DNA from: an uncultured Acidobacteriota bacterium
Lineage (GTDB): Bacteria > Acidobacteriota > Thermoanaerobaculia > Multivoradales > UBA5704
Assembly: GCA_963770895.1 (NCBI GenBank)
Contig: CAVYRF010000001.1
Coordinates: 608,001 to 672,000 of the forward strand
DNA length: 64,000 nucleotides
Direction of reading: 5' to 3'
The stretch's first letter is position 1. Each line of letters starts with the position of its first letter. The notes beneath the pieces were generated by a model. The model worked only from the letters and a program-made list of their open reading frames with translations, had not been told where the DNA came from and ran no database searches. This document shows positions 30,698 to 44,020 of this stretch, one piece after another. The translations under genes were made by a program, and so were the position numbers.

Positions 30698-31987
30698 ATG
30701 GGACGCAAGCGGGTTCTGTGGCTGTTGGGGATCGTCGCCCTGGGCGGGCTGCTGGTCGGCTGGGTGCTGCTGCGCCGCGGCGGCGACTCCACGCCGGTGG
30801 AGGTGGCGAAGGTGGGCCGCGAGGACCTGCAGGCCAAGGTCACCGCCAACGGCAAGATCCAGGCGCAGCGCAAGGTCGACGTCTCGGCCACCATCGCCGG
30901 CCAGATCACCCGCCTGGCGGTCACCGAAGGGGACCGCGTGCGCCAGGGGCAGTTCCTGCTGCAGATCGACCAGGTGAACCCGCGGGCCATGGCGCGCGGC
31001 AACCAGTTCTCGATGGAAGCGTTGCAGCACGACCTGGAGTCGGCAAAGGCCAACCTGGAGCTGAGCAAGGCCGACTTGCGCCGCGCCGACGGCAACCACC
31101 GCGCCGGCATTCTGTCGGACGCCGACTTCGAAAAGGCGCGCGCCACCATGTTGAGCGCGCAGGCGGCGGTGGACGGCGCCCAGCGCCGCGCCGACCAGGC
31201 TTCAGCCAACCTGGACGCCTCCGAAGACACGCTGTCCAAGACCACCATCCGCGCCCCCATCGACGGCATCGTCACGTCGCGGCCGGTGGAGGTGGGCGAA
31301 GTGGCGGTGATCGGCATCCAGAACAGCCCCGGCACCGTGCTGCTGACCATCTCGGACATGTCGGCGATGGAGGCCGAGATGGAGGTGGACGAAACCTCCA
31401 TCCCCAGCGTCAAGGTGGGCCAGGAAGCGGTGGTGCGCATCGACGCCTACCCCAACGCGACCTTTTCGGGCACCGTCAGCGAGGTGGGCAGCAGCCCGAT
31501 CTCGGGCACCGCCACCGGCTCAACCGACGCCATCAAGTTCAAGGTGAAGGTGCAGATCAAGAACCCGCCCGCCGGCATCAAGCCGGGCCTGTCGGCGCAG
31601 GCCGACATCCTCACCGGCTTCCGCCCGCACGCCCTGGCGGTGCCGATCCAGGCGCTGGTGGTGCGCGAGATCGAGCACAAACCGGGCGTGGCGCCGCCGG
31701 CCAACGCGCCGCGCGAGCAGGAGGGCGTCTACCTGATGGAGGCCGGCAAGGCGCGCTTCCAACCCATCCAGACCGGCCTGATGGGAGACCTCACGGTCGA
31801 GGTGCGCAGCGGCCTCGAAACCGGCAGGACGCTCATCGTCGGCCCGTTCCGCGCCCTGCGCACGCTGCACCCCGGCGACGCGGTGACGGTGGCGCCCAAG
31901 CCCAGGAACGCCGGCGATCGCGGTGCCGGCGGCGGCGCCGGCTCCGGCTCGGACGACGGTGGCGGCGGCAGGGGAGGCGGCGGCTGA
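30698..31987 (+). CDS. Periplasmic adaptor (MacA/HlyD family membrane fusion protein)
   Basis: N-terminal TM; VTEGDRVRQGQFLLQID, TTIRAPIDGIV and VDETSIPSVKVGQ motifs. Confidence 0.92.
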   Translation: MGRKRVLWLLGIVALGGLLVGWVLLRRGGDSTPVEVAKVGREDLQAKVTANGKIQAQRKVDVSATIAGQITRLAVTEGDRVRQGQFLLQIDQVNPRAMARGNQFSMEALQHDLESAKANLELSKADLRRADGNHRAGILSDADFEKARATMLSAQAAVDGAQRRADQASANLDASEDTLSKTTIRAPIDGIVTSRPVEVGEVAVIGIQNSPGTVLLTISDMSAMEAEMEVDETSIPSVKVGQEAVVRIDAYPNATFSGTVSEVGSSPISGTATGSTDAIKFKVKVQIKNPPAGIKPGLSAQADILTGFRPHALAVPIQALVVREIEHKPGVAPPANAPREQEGVYLMEAGKARFQPIQTGLMGDLTVEVRSGLETGRTLIVGPFRALRTLHPGDAVTVAPKPRNAGDRGAGGGAGSGSDDGGGGRGGGG

Positions 31988-32006
31988 TCCCGCCGCGGCG
32001 CCGGCG

Positions 32007-33227
32007 ATGGGTTATGCCGAGCTGCTGCGCGAGGTGCTGCGCACCGTCCGCGCCAACCGGCTGCGCAGCGTCCTGACGCTGCTCGGCGTGATCATCGGCG
32101 TCGCCACCCTGGTGTCGGTGGTGGCGGTGATCTCGGGGCTCAACGCCTACGTGCGCGACAAGGTGTTCGCGCTGGCGCCCGACGTCTTCGTGATCAGCAA
32201 GTTCGGCATCATCCAGAGCCACGAAGATTACGTGCGGGCGCTCAAACGGCGCGACTTCGAGGTGCGCGACTACCAGCGGCTGGCGCCGCTGCTCACCCGC
32301 GCCCGCCGTGTCGGCGCGGAATTCGGCGGCACCATGACGGTCAAGTACGCCGGGCATCACCTGGCCGACGTGACCGTCCACGGCACCACCGCCAACTACG
32401 GCGACATGATGAACGTCGACCTGGCGACCGGGCGCTTCTTTCTCGACAGCGAGGAAGAGGCGGGTCTGGCGGTGGCGGTGATCGGTTGGGACCTCAAGGA
32501 CGAGCTGTTTCCGCAGCTCGACCCGCTGGGGCGCACGGTTCTGGTGGGCGGCATCCCCTACCGGGTGATCGGCCTGGTCGCCAAGCAGGGGAGCATGCTG
32601 GGGCAGAGCCGCGACAACGTCGTGTACCTGCCGCTGGGGAGCTTCCGCAAGAATTTCGGCAGCCGCACCTCGGTGACGCTCTACGTGCAGGCCAAGGGCG
32701 GCGTCGCCGGCGTGGACGCCGCCGTGGACGAATCGCGCCTGGTGCTGCGCGCGCTGCGCCACACGGCGTTCCGCGCCGAAGATCCCTTCGGCATCGTCAC
32801 CGCCGAAAGCCTGCAATCGCTGTGGCGGCAGATCTCGGCCGCCGCCTTCATCCTGTCGCTGCTGATCGCCTCGGTGTCGCTGGGCGTCGGCGGCGTGGTG
32901 ATCATGAACATCATGCTGGTGGCGGTCGCCGAGCGCACGCAGGAGATCGGCGTGCGGCGCGCCCTGGGCGCCCGCCAGCGCGACATCGGCCGCCAGTTCC
33001 TGCTCGAGGCGGCGGTGCTGTCGCTGGGCGGCGGCCTGATCGGGGCGCTGGCGGGGACGCTGGTGGCGCTGGCGGTCAACGGCCTGCTGCACTTCCCGGC
33101 GCAGGCGTCGCCGGGGCTGGTGCTTTTGGGCCTGGGCCTGTCGGCGGCGGTCGGCCTGGCCGCGGGCTACCTGCCGGCGCGCAGCGCTTCGCGGCTGCCG
33201 GTGGTGGAGGCGCTGCGTTCCGAATGA
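32007..33227 (+). CDS. ABC transporter permease, MacB/FtsX family
   Basis: RSVLTLLGVIIGV and IMNIMLVAVAERTQEIGVRRALGA. Confidence 0.92.
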   Translation: MGYAELLREVLRTVRANRLRSVLTLLGVIIGVATLVSVVAVISGLNAYVRDKVFALAPDVFVISKFGIIQSHEDYVRALKRRDFEVRDYQRLAPLLTRARRVGAEFGGTMTVKYAGHHLADVTVHGTTANYGDMMNVDLATGRFFLDSEEEAGLAVAVIGWDLKDELFPQLDPLGRTVLVGGIPYRVIGLVAKQGSMLGQSRDNVVYLPLGSFRKNFGSRTSVTLYVQAKGGVAGVDAAVDESRLVLRALRHTAFRAEDPFGIVTAESLQSLWRQISAAAFILSLLIASVSLGVGGVVIMNIMLVAVAERTQEIGVRRALGARQRDIGRQFLLEAAVLSLGGGLIGALAGTLVALAVNGLLHFPAQASPGLVLLGLGLSAAVGLAAGYLPARSASRLPVVEALRSE

Positions 33228-34555
33228 GCGGCGCCGGCACCAGCTCGGACGTCGAGCAGCCTCGCCGGCCGCGGCGCCAGCGCCGTCAGGGGCACGGCCG
33301 CATGCTGCTGCGGCTCAACCTGGTCGAAAACTGCCGCTTCGCGCTGGTGGCGATGCGCGCCAACAAGCTGCGCAGCTTCCTGACGCTTTTGGGGGTGATG
33401 GCCGGAGTGGCGACGGTCATCATGATGGTGAGCTTCGTCGTCGGCTTCAACAATTCGGTCACCGCCGCCTTCAGCAGCTTCGGCACCCACCTGGTGCAGT
33501 TCCAGAAATACGAGCCGCGATTCAACGCCGGCTCCATCCCCGAAGAGCAGCGCAACCGGCGCGACCTGACGCTCGACGACGCTGCGGCGCTCAAACGGCT
33601 GGCCGGCCTGGCCGGCGCCGTGTCGCCCGAGCGCTACATGTCGGCCGGGGTCGAGGTCAAATCGGGGCGGGCCGAAGCCAACAGCCCGCAGGTGATCGGC
33701 GCCACTCCCGACTACCCGGCGGCGAACAGCCGCTTTTTGCAGGACGGCCGCTTCATCACCGATTCGGACGTGCGCCACGCGGCGCGGATCTGCGTGGTGG
33801 GCGTCGACGTGGCGGCGGCGCTGTTTCCCAACCGCGATCCGATCGATCAGCCCATCAACGTCGGCGGGCGCGTCTACACCGTGGTGGGGCTGTTCGAAAA
33901 GCAGGGCGCCTTCATGGGCGGCAGCATGGACAACTTCTTGATTCTGCCGATCAGCGCCTTCGATGCACAGTTCCCGCAGATCCGCGACGGCGGCAAGGAC
34001 ACCTTGCACGTCGCGACCGTCCCGGCCGACACCGCCAACTTCCGGGCGCTGATCGATCAGGAGACCGCCATCCTGCGCGTGCGCCGCAAGCTCCACGGCA
34101 ATCAGCAAAACGACTTCGCGACGTTCACCAGCGACAGCGGCCTGGTGATGTTTCGCCAGATCACCGGCGGCATCGCCGCGGTGATGCTGATCATCGCCGC
34201 GGTGGCTCTCCTGGTGGGCGGCGTCGGGGTGATGAACATCATGCTGGTCAGCGTCACCCAGCGCACCCGCGAGATCGGCCTGCGCAAGGCGATCGGCGGC
34301 ACGCGGCGCGACATTGCGCTGCAATTCCTGGCCGAGGCGGTGACGCTGACCGCGGTGGGCGGCGGCCTGGGGATCTTCGCCGGCCTGTCGGCGGCGCTCT
34401 TGGCCCAGCTGTTGTTCAAGTTTCAGGCGGCGGCGCCGCTGTGGTCCATCGTGCTAGGCTTTGGCGTGTCCTCGGCCGTCGGCGTGGTGTTCGGCCTGTG
34501 GCCGGCGGTCAAGGCAGCGCGCCTCGACCCGATCGAAGCGCTGCGCTATGAATAG
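33224..34555 (+). CDS. ABC transporter permease, MacB/FtsX family
   Basis: ATGA overlap with the previous gene; RSFLTLLG, VMNIMLVSVTQRTREIGLRKAIG and LDPIEALRYE. Confidence 0.92.
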   Translation: MSGAGTSSDVEQPRRPRRQRRQGHGRMLLRLNLVENCRFALVAMRANKLRSFLTLLGVMAGVATVIMMVSFVVGFNNSVTAAFSSFGTHLVQFQKYEPRFNAGSIPEEQRNRRDLTLDDAAALKRLAGLAGAVSPERYMSAGVEVKSGRAEANSPQVIGATPDYPAANSRFLQDGRFITDSDVRHAARICVVGVDVAAALFPNRDPIDQPINVGGRVYTVVGLFEKQGAFMGGSMDNFLILPISAFDAQFPQIRDGGKDTLHVATVPADTANFRALIDQETAILRVRRKLHGNQQNDFATFTSDSGLVMFRQITGGIAAVMLIIAAVALLVGGVGVMNIMLVSVTQRTREIGLRKAIGGTRRDIALQFLAEAVTLTAVGGGLGIFAGLSAALLAQLLFKFQAAAPLWSIVLGFGVSSAVGVVFGLWPAVKAARLDPIEALRYE

Positions 34556-34580
34556 CCAGGAAAATCGGAGGCCAACGACC

Positions 34581-35381
34581 GTGAAAAGAAACCTTTTGTT
34601 GACGTTTGCCGCCGTGGCACTGGCGCTGCCGCTCGCCGGCTGCTTCGATTTCGAGGAATCGGTCAACCTGAACCGCGACCTGTCCGGCACGGCCACGCTG
34701 CACATGACGGTCGACATGGAAGCGATGGTGCCGCTGATCGCCGACCTCCAGCACACCATGTCCGGGCAGAAAGGGGCGCCGACCCAGGCCGAGCTCGACG
34801 AGCTGCGGCAGCAGATGGTCTCCAAGCAATCCGACCTGGACGCCAAGAAGCAGACGGACGAAGCGGAGCTGGCCAAGTCCCTGCCGCCGGGAGTCAAGCT
34901 GCTTTCCAGCTCGGTCGATCAGCAGGCGATGAAGGCCAGCGCCCGTTTCCAGCTGGGCTTCGACGACGTGCGCAAGCTGTCGAAGATCACCCTTCCCGGC
35001 AACGGCTCGCCGATGCCCACCGGGGCGGCGGGCGCGGGCGGCGCGGCGCCGCCAGCCGGCGGGGCGATGCCCTACCAGCAGCCGTTCAGCGGTCTCAGCG
35101 TGGTGGACGAAGGCAAGACCTGGCTGATCACGCTGGTGGGAGCCGACCCCGCGACGCAGCTCAAGGCCGAGACCGCCGGCACGGCGGCGTTGAGCGACGA
35201 CATGAAGAAGCAGCTGGCGGCGCTCATCGGCACCGCGCGCTTCGCGTTGCGCCTGGACACCCCCTTCCAGGTCGTCGAAACCAACGCCACGCGCAAGGAG
35301 GGGAGCACGCTGGTGTGGGAATTCAAGTTCGGCGACCCCGGCGCGGCGCCGCAGACCCTGATGGCCCGGCTCAAGAAGTGA
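34581..35381 (+). CDS. Lipoprotein (LppM-like), paralog 1
   Basis: GTG start, LAGC lipobox, VNLNRDLSGTA and VVETNAT..EGSTLVW. Confidence 0.8.
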   Translation: MKRNLLLTFAAVALALPLAGCFDFEESVNLNRDLSGTATLHMTVDMEAMVPLIADLQHTMSGQKGAPTQAELDELRQQMVSKQSDLDAKKQTDEAELAKSLPPGVKLLSSSVDQQAMKASARFQLGFDDVRKLSKITLPGNGSPMPTGAAGAGGAAPPAGGAMPYQQPFSGLSVVDEGKTWLITLVGADPATQLKAETAGTAALSDDMKKQLAALIGTARFALRLDTPFQVVETNATRKEGSTLVWEFKFGDPGAAPQTLMARLKK

Positions 35382-35429
35382 GGGCGCAAAACAGGCCCGC
35401 CGCGTAAAGCAAATCGGAGTTCAACGACC

Positions 35430-36224
35430 GTGAAGAAAACCCATTTGTTGACGTTTGCCGCCGTGGGACTGGCGCTGCCGCTCGCCGGCTGCTTCGATTT
35501 CGAGGAATCCGTCAACCTGAACCGCGACCTGTCCGGCACGGCGGCGCTGCGCATGACGGTCGACATGGAAGCGATGTTGCCACTGGTCGCCGGAATCGAT
35601 CGCTCGCTGTCCGATAAAAAAGGAGCGCCGACCCAGGCCGAGATCGACGAGCTGCGGCAGCAGCTGGTCGCCCAGCAAGCCGACATAGACGCCAAAAAGC
35701 AGGCGGACGAAGCGGCGCTGGCCAAGTCCCTGCCGCCGGGAGTCAAGCTGCTGTCCAGCTCGGTCGATCAGCAGGGGATGAAGGCCAGCGAGCGTTTCCA
35801 GCTGGGTTTCGACGACGTGCGCAAGCTGTCCAAGATCACCCTTCCCGGCGACGGCATGCCGATGGCCACCAGCGGGGGCGTCGCGGAATCGATACCAGGT
35901 GGGACGGCGGCGCTCTACCAGCAGCCATTCAGCGGTCTCAGCGTGGTGGACGAAGGCAAGACCTGGCTGATCACGCTGGTGGGAGCCGACCCCGCGACGC
36001 AGCTCAAGGCCGAGACCGCCGACGCGGCGGCGTTGAGCGAAGGCATGAAGAAGCAGCTGGCGGTGCTCATCGACACCGCGCGCTTCACCCTGCGCCTGGA
36101 CACCCCCTTTCAGGTCGTCGAAACCAATGCCACACGCCGCGACGGGCGCACGCTGATTTGGGAATTGAAGGGCGGTAACCTCGGCGCGGCGCCGCAGACC
36201 GTGATGGCCCGCCTCAAGAAGTGA
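35430..36224 (+). CDS. Lipoprotein (LppM-like), paralog 2
   Basis: Highly similar tandem copy of the previous gene. Confidence 0.8.
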   Translation: MKKTHLLTFAAVGLALPLAGCFDFEESVNLNRDLSGTAALRMTVDMEAMLPLVAGIDRSLSDKKGAPTQAEIDELRQQLVAQQADIDAKKQADEAALAKSLPPGVKLLSSSVDQQGMKASERFQLGFDDVRKLSKITLPGDGMPMATSGGVAESIPGGTAALYQQPFSGLSVVDEGKTWLITLVGADPATQLKAETADAAALSEGMKKQLAVLIDTARFTLRLDTPFQVVETNATRRDGRTLIWELKGGNLGAAPQTVMARLKK

Positions 36225-37245
36225 GGGCGCAAAACAGGCCCGCCGCCGTAAAGCGCCGGAACGCGGCGTTGAGCTCCGCCGCCAGCGCCGCATCGGGCAG
36301 CTCGCTCGCGGCGGCGGCGGCGATCGCTTCGCCCACCGGTTGACCGGCCGCCAGCGCCGCCAGCAGTCCGTGTTCGAAAGGCGTCAGCGTATAGCGGTGG
36401 ACCACGTAGTCGGAGCGGCTGAGCGCGACGTGCTCGGGCTGCGGATCGGGGATCGCCAGGTCGCCGCCGCCCTCAGCCCCGCCGGCATCCGGGTCGGCCC
36501 GCGCCGCGCTGTAGAACGCGTTGATCGGAAACCGCAGGGACAGCAGCCGCAGGCAGGGCACCGGCACCAGGCGGCCGGCTGCAAAGCGCGCCGCGGCGCC
36601 GGGGTCCGCCACTCCGTTGCCGGTGCCGCCGGCAGCGTCGGCATGGTCGGTACGGCCGGCAGGGTCGCTACTGCCGGCAGCGGCGGTGCCGTTCAGCGCG
36701 GCAAGGTCGGCCGCGGTCAGCAGCGGCTGGCCCTCGGCGCCCGGCCCGTCGAAAACCTTGGCGATCGACCATTCGAAGGTCGCCAGGTCGATCAGAAAAT
36801 CGGGCCAGCCGGGCTCCGCGGACTCGGCCGCATCGCCAGCGTCGGGGCGCGTCTCCCGTAGGAAGCGCGGAAAGTTTTCGGCCAGCCGGTCCAGCGTGTA
36901 GCTGCGCGACGGATACCGTTGCAGGTAGTCGAAGGCGAAGGCGTCGAACACCGGCGCGCCCACTACCCGCTTGAGCACCGGCAGGCAGTCGCCCAGGCAC
37001 TCCAGCAGGCGGGCGTAGTAGGCGTTGGCGTAGATCGACAGGCGCTCTTCGGCGGTCAGCCGGCTGGAGCGGCGCACCATGGCTTCCAGCTGGCCGCGAT
37101 CGAGCCGCACCAGCTGCCGCGCCGCCGGCGAGGCGACGCCCTGCTCGACGCCGCCGGGATGGGTGACCACCGCCTGAAACCAGCTCTGCACCACGTCCAG
37201 GGCCGGCGCCGGCGCGTCCGGCGGCCGATCGCCGGGCCGGCTCAC
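36214..37245 (-). CDS. DUF2063-type partner protein of the DUF692 enzyme
   Basis: [17 protein letters not shown]...YPSRSYTL...DLATFEW; overlaps the DUF692 stop codon. Confidence 0.85.
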   Translation of the reverse strand: MSRPGDRPPDAPAPALDVVQSWFQAVVTHPGGVEQGVASPAARQLVRLDRGQLEAMVRRSSRLTAEERLSIYANAYYARLLECLGDCLPVLKRVVGAPVFDAFAFDYLQRYPSRSYTLDRLAENFPRFLRETRPDAGDAAESAEPGWPDFLIDLATFEWSIAKVFDGPGAEGQPLLTAADLAALNGTAAAGSSDPAGRTDHADAAGGTGNGVADPGAAARFAAGRLVPVPCLRLLSLRFPINAFYSAARADPDAGGAEGGGDLAIPDPQPEHVALSRSDYVVHRYTLTPFEHGLLAALAAGQPVGEAIAAAAASELPDAALAAELNAAFRRFTAAGLFCALTS

Positions 37246-38237
37246 GCCACGTCCGGGCGCAGGTGGTGCAGCGGGTGGGGCGCGGGCGCCGCCGCCAGCG
37301 GGCCGTGCGCCGCCGGATGCGCCACCGCATTTGCCGCCGCATGCGCCGCCGGCGCAACAGTGTCAGAGGGGCCGGGGATGGGGGAGGCGCCGGCGGAGAA
37401 AGCCGCCAGCCGCTCGCCCATGAACTGCCTGGCCTTGAGCACTTCCGCGTGGACCACCGGGAAGGGCGGGATGTGGGCGTCCCATTCCAGCAGCGTCGAG
37501 ACGCCGCCGGTCAGCTGGTGGGCGGTGCGATACAGCTCCCACACCGGGTCGATGACGTGGTGGTCGTGGGTGTCGATCAGGTGGGTCACGTAGTCGGTGT
37601 GCCCGGCCAGGTGGAACTGCACGATGCGCTCGTGGGGCAGTGAGCGGACGAAGGCGTCCGGGTCCATGTCGTGGTTGAAGCTGGACACGTAGACGTTGTT
37701 GACGTCCAGCAGCAGGCCGCAATCCGCCTCGCCGGCCAGCCGCGCCACGAACTCCCATTCGTCCATGGTGGACTGGGTGAAGGTCACGTACGAGCTGGGG
37801 TTTTCCAGCACCAGCGGCTGCTCCAGGAAGTCCTGCACGGCGCGCACCCGCGCCACCACGTGCGCCAGCGTCGCCTCGGTGAACGGCAGCGGCAGCAGAT
37901 CGTGGGTGTTGGACCCCAGCACCCCCGTCCAGCACAGGTGGTCGGAGATCCAGCGCGCGCCGACCTCTCGCGCCAGCGCCTTGAGCTTGCCCAGGTAGGT
38001 CCAGTCCAGCGGGTCCGTCGAGCCGATCGACAGCGATACGCCGTGCAGCACGACGGGGTAGCGCTCAGCGATCTGCCGCAGCACGTGGCGCGGCCGGCCG
38101 CCCGAGTCGATGAAGTTTTCGCTGATGACTTCGAACCAGTCGACCGCCGGCTGGTGGCGCAGGATGTGCTCGAAGTGAGCCGCGCGCAGCCCCACCCCGA
38201 GGCCGAGGTTGGGGTATCCCAGCCGCGCCGGCCTCAC
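37242..38237 (-). CDS. DUF692 multinuclear non-heme iron oxidase (MNIO; BufB/MbnB family)
   Basis: [48 protein letters not shown] and LLEWD motifs. Confidence 0.95.
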   Translation of the reverse strand: MRPARLGYPNLGLGVGLRAAHFEHILRHQPAVDWFEVISENFIDSGGRPRHVLRQIAERYPVVLHGVSLSIGSTDPLDWTYLGKLKALAREVGARWISDHLCWTGVLGSNTHDLLPLPFTEATLAHVVARVRAVQDFLEQPLVLENPSSYVTFTQSTMDEWEFVARLAGEADCGLLLDVNNVYVSSFNHDMDPDAFVRSLPHERIVQFHLAGHTDYVTHLIDTHDHHVIDPVWELYRTAHQLTGGVSTLLEWDAHIPPFPVVHAEVLKARQFMGERLAAFSAGASPIPGPSDTVAPAAHAAANAVAHPAAHGPLAAAPAPHPLHHLRPDVA

Positions 38238-38277
38238 CGGCCGTTCCCCGGCGTGCGCCCGGCCGCCGCCGCCGGCA

Positions 38278-38721
38278 TCAGGCGCCGCCTGCGCACTCCT
38301 TGGGCGCCGGGCCGAACTTCTTGCCGGCCTTGGTCATGGACGCCTCCCAGTTGCTGCGCAGCTTCTTCCAGCCGTCGCCGCTCACCGGCACGGCGCAGCC
38401 GCCCTTGCCCTTGCAGGCGTTGTCGCCGGTCGGCCCCTGCTCGGCGCAGGCATTCTGGCCGGCGCAGCCGTGGGACGCCACCGTGGCGCAGCTGCCGGTG
38501 CCAGCGCAGCTGTTACTCGCCGCCTTGCCCTTGCCCTTGCAGCTGTTCAAGCCGCAGCAGATGTGCGCGTCCTTGGGCGGCGGCGCCCCCGTACCGCCGT
38601 CCGCGGCGGTCGCCGCCGCGTGCAGCGCCCGTTGCCCCAGCGTCGCGCCGGCGATCGCACCGCCCAGCGCCGCCGCCGTCAGCTTGCCGAAATCGCGCCT
38701 GCTCAGTTCCTTGTCTTTCAT
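38278..38721 (-). CDS. Cys-rich MNIO substrate (bufferin-like precursor) with a Tat signal
   Basis: SRRDFGK twin-arginine motif; [26 protein letters not shown] and NACKGKGGC repeats; first gene of the DUF692 operon. Confidence 0.85.
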   Translation of the reverse strand: MKDKELSRRDFGKLTAAALGGAIAGATLGQRALHAAATAADGGTGAPPPKDAHICCGLNSCKGKGKAASNSCAGTGSCATVASHGCAGQNACAEQGPTGDNACKGKGGCAVPVSGDGWKKLRSNWEASMTKAGKKFGPAPKECAGGA

Positions 38722-38794
38722 GGTCGTGGTCTCCCAGGTGCCGGCCCACCGGCCCGGCGCGCTCAATTCTAGTGTGCCGCGTCGCGGTGCACTA

Positions 38795-39027
38795 GTGCGC
38801 CGCGTTGCAGTGGTCGATCTCTACCTGCTGCCGATGGCCGCGGCGATCTGGTCGATGCCGCGCCAGCGCGCCGCCGACCTGCCGGCCGCGACCCTGCTCG
38901 CCTTCTTCGATCAGCACGGCCTGCTCGATCTGGTGGACAGGCCGTCCTGGGAGACCATCCGCGGCGGCGCCAGCAGCTACGTCGAGGCGCTGCTGGCGCG
39001 GCTCGCCCGCCGCGGCGCGCGCTGCAG
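38795..39027 (+). pseudogene. Internal fragment of an FAD-dependent oxidoreductase (type found upstream of cfa)
   Basis: YLLPMAAAIWS...FFDQHGLL...WETIRGGASSYVEAL; the N-terminal Rossmann motif is absent. Confidence 0.7.
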
Positions 39028-40249
39028 GTGCACGACGACCGCTTCTGGCGGGCGGTGGCGCTCGGCGGCGGCCTGGGTGCCGCCGACTCCTACCTTGCCG
39101 GCTGGTGGGACAGCGCCGACCTGACCTCGCTGGTGTGCCTGCTGGCCCGCAACCGCGCCGTCGCCAACCGGCTGGAAGCCGGCATCGCGCGCCTGCGCCA
39201 GCTCGCCGACCGCCTGCGCCACGCCGCCCGCGCCAACACCCGCCGCGGCAGCCGGCGCAACATCGAGGCCCACTACGACCTGGGCGACGAACTGTTCGCG
39301 CTCTTCCTCGACCCATCGATGACCTACTCGGCCGCCTTCTTCGAGCGCCCGGACGCCACCCTGGAAGAGGCGCAAATCGCCAAGATCGACCGGCTGTGCC
39401 GCAAGCTGCGCCTGGGGCCGCGCGATCACCTGCTGGAGATCGGCACCGGCTGGGGGAGCCTGGCGATCCACGCCGCCGGCGTCTACGGCTGCCGCGTCAC
39501 CACCACCACCATCTCGCCGGCCCAGCACGCCGCCGCCGCCCGCCGCATCGCCGCCGCCGGTCTGGGCGACCGCTCGCTCAGCTTCTACCTGGCCGAGCGC
39601 TTCCCGGCCTGTGCCATCCTGGCCGTCTCCAACTCCCACAGCCAGGGCGCCTTCATCACCGCCGAAGCGGCGCGCCGCGGTCTGGCCAACCTGCGCCACC
39701 AGGTCGCCGACGTCAACCGCTTCGTCACCGCCGAGCGCTTCCACCGCATCGTCTCGGTCGAGATGATGGAGCACGTCCGCAACCACGCCGAGCTTTTCCA
39801 CCGCCTGGCCGCCTGGCTCCATCCCGGCGGCGGCCTCTTCGTGCACGTGTTCTGCCACCGCGACCTGACCTACCCCTTCGACGACGGCGGCCCCGGCGAC
39901 TGGATGGCCCGCCACTTCTTCACCGGCGGCATGATGCCCGCGGCCGACCTGCTGCCGGCCTGCGGCGGCCCCTTCGAGCTGGACGCCCGGTACGAGGCCT
40001 CCGGCATGCACTACGCGCGCACCACCGCGGCCTGGCTGGCGCGCCTCGACGTCGCGCGCGACCGCGTGCTGCCGCTGTTCGAGCACACCTACGGCCGCGG
40101 CCGCGGGCGCCGCTGGATCGAGCGCTGGCGCATCTTTTTCATGGCCTGTGCCGAGCTCTTCGCCGCCGGCAACGGCAGCGACTGGTTCGTCTCGCACTAT
40201 CGCTTCGTGCTGCCGGCATCACCCGGCAACCGGCGCCGCCCGGCAGGGT

Positions 40250-42895
<2,646 letters not shown>

Positions 42896-43222
42896 ACCGT
42901 CGAACCCGTTGCCGGCCCATTGCATTCCGCTGCCGCGACCCGGACCGGTCCGCACCGCCCCCTGTGCTCCCCCGCGCCACTCGGCCTCCAGCCCCCCCGG
43001 CAGCCCAAGCGTCCTGTTGCCCCGGCCGCGGCGCGCCTGACGGCGCGACCGCATCCGGGCCGGGGGGCGCGGGCGGAGCGTTCTTGCTGGTCCATGGCGG
43101 CGGGGTGCGCCCATCCGGGGGTCTGATACGCTGCCGATCGAACGTGTGCTCCGGCAGCGGCGGACGCGCCAGCGCCGTTCAAGAGCGGGGGCGCCGCGGC
43201 GGCGCGACGCGGGGGGAGGTCA

Positions 43223-44020
43223 ATGCGAGTGCAATTCGGTAGACGGAGCCTGTGGGTCATCCTGGTCCTGGCGGGCCTGCTCGCCGTCGCGCTGCCGGCG
43301 GCGTTGGCGGCGGCGGACGTGCAGGTCGCGGTCGCCGCCAACTTCACGGTGCCTCTCGATGCCGTCGGCGCGGCGTTTACCAAGGCGACCGGCAACCACC
43401 TGCTGGTCAGCGCCGGGTCGACCGGCAAGCTGGCGGCGCAGATCCAGAACGGCGCGCCTTTCGAGGTGCTGCTGGCAGCCGACACCGAACGGCCGGCTCT
43501 GCTCGAAAAGCAGGGCGCCACGGTGGCCGGCAGCCGCTTCACCTATGCCCTGGGCATCCTGGTCCTGTGGAGCGCCGATCCCAAGCTCATCGATCCCAAG
43601 GCGGGCATGAACGTCCTGGCCGGCAACACCTTCAAGCACCTGGCGATCGCCAACCCCGGCCTGGCCCCCTACGGCGCCGCCGCCCGCGAGGCGCTCACCC
43701 ACCTCAGCCTCTGGGAAGCCCTGACCCCGCGCCTGGTGCAGGGGGAAGACATCGGCCAGACCTTCCAGTTCGTCGCCAGCCGCGCCGCCGAGCTGGGCTT
43801 TGTCGCCCTCTCTCAGGTCTACGCCGACGCCGGCGGCGCGGGCAATCCTCCGCACGGCTCGATGGTCGCCGTCCCCCACGACCTCTACCATCCCATCGAG
43901 CAGCAGGCCGTCCTCCTCCTCAAAGGCAAGGACAACCCCGCCGCCCGCGCCTTCCTGGACTTCCTCAAAACCCCCGCCGCCCGCGCCCTGATCAACCGCT
44001 ACGGCTACGACCTTCCCTGA
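43223..44020 (+). CDS. modA: Molybdate ABC transporter substrate-binding protein
   Basis: VAVAANF, GSTGKLAAQIQNGAPF, AIANPGLAPYG and GEDIGQ motifs. Confidence 0.92.
   Translation: MRVQFGRRSLWVILVLAGLLAVALPAALAAADVQVAVAANFTVPLDAVGAAFTKATGNHLLVSAGSTGKLAAQIQNGAPFEVLLAADTERPALLEKQGATVAGSRFTYALGILVLWSADPKLIDPKAGMNVLAGNTFKHLAIANPGLAPYGAAAREALTHLSLWEALTPRLVQGEDIGQTFQFVASRAAELGFVALSQVYADAGGAGNPPHGSMVAVPHDLYHPIEQQAVLLLKGKDNPAARAFLDFLKTPAARALINRYGYDLP

Larger units (their letters stand above)
34561..36254. repeat. Tandem duplication of an ~850-bp unit (34561-35410 and 35411-36254)
   Basis: Both units start aaatcggag..caacgaccgtg and end aagaagtgagggcgcaaaacaggcccgccgc(c)gtaaagc. Confidence 0.9.

Noticed and set aside
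34581-36224. Diversity-generating retroelement template/variable repeat pair (also considered for 50645/52920)
   Set aside because: The differences are not adenine-specific, and no reverse transcriptase is present.
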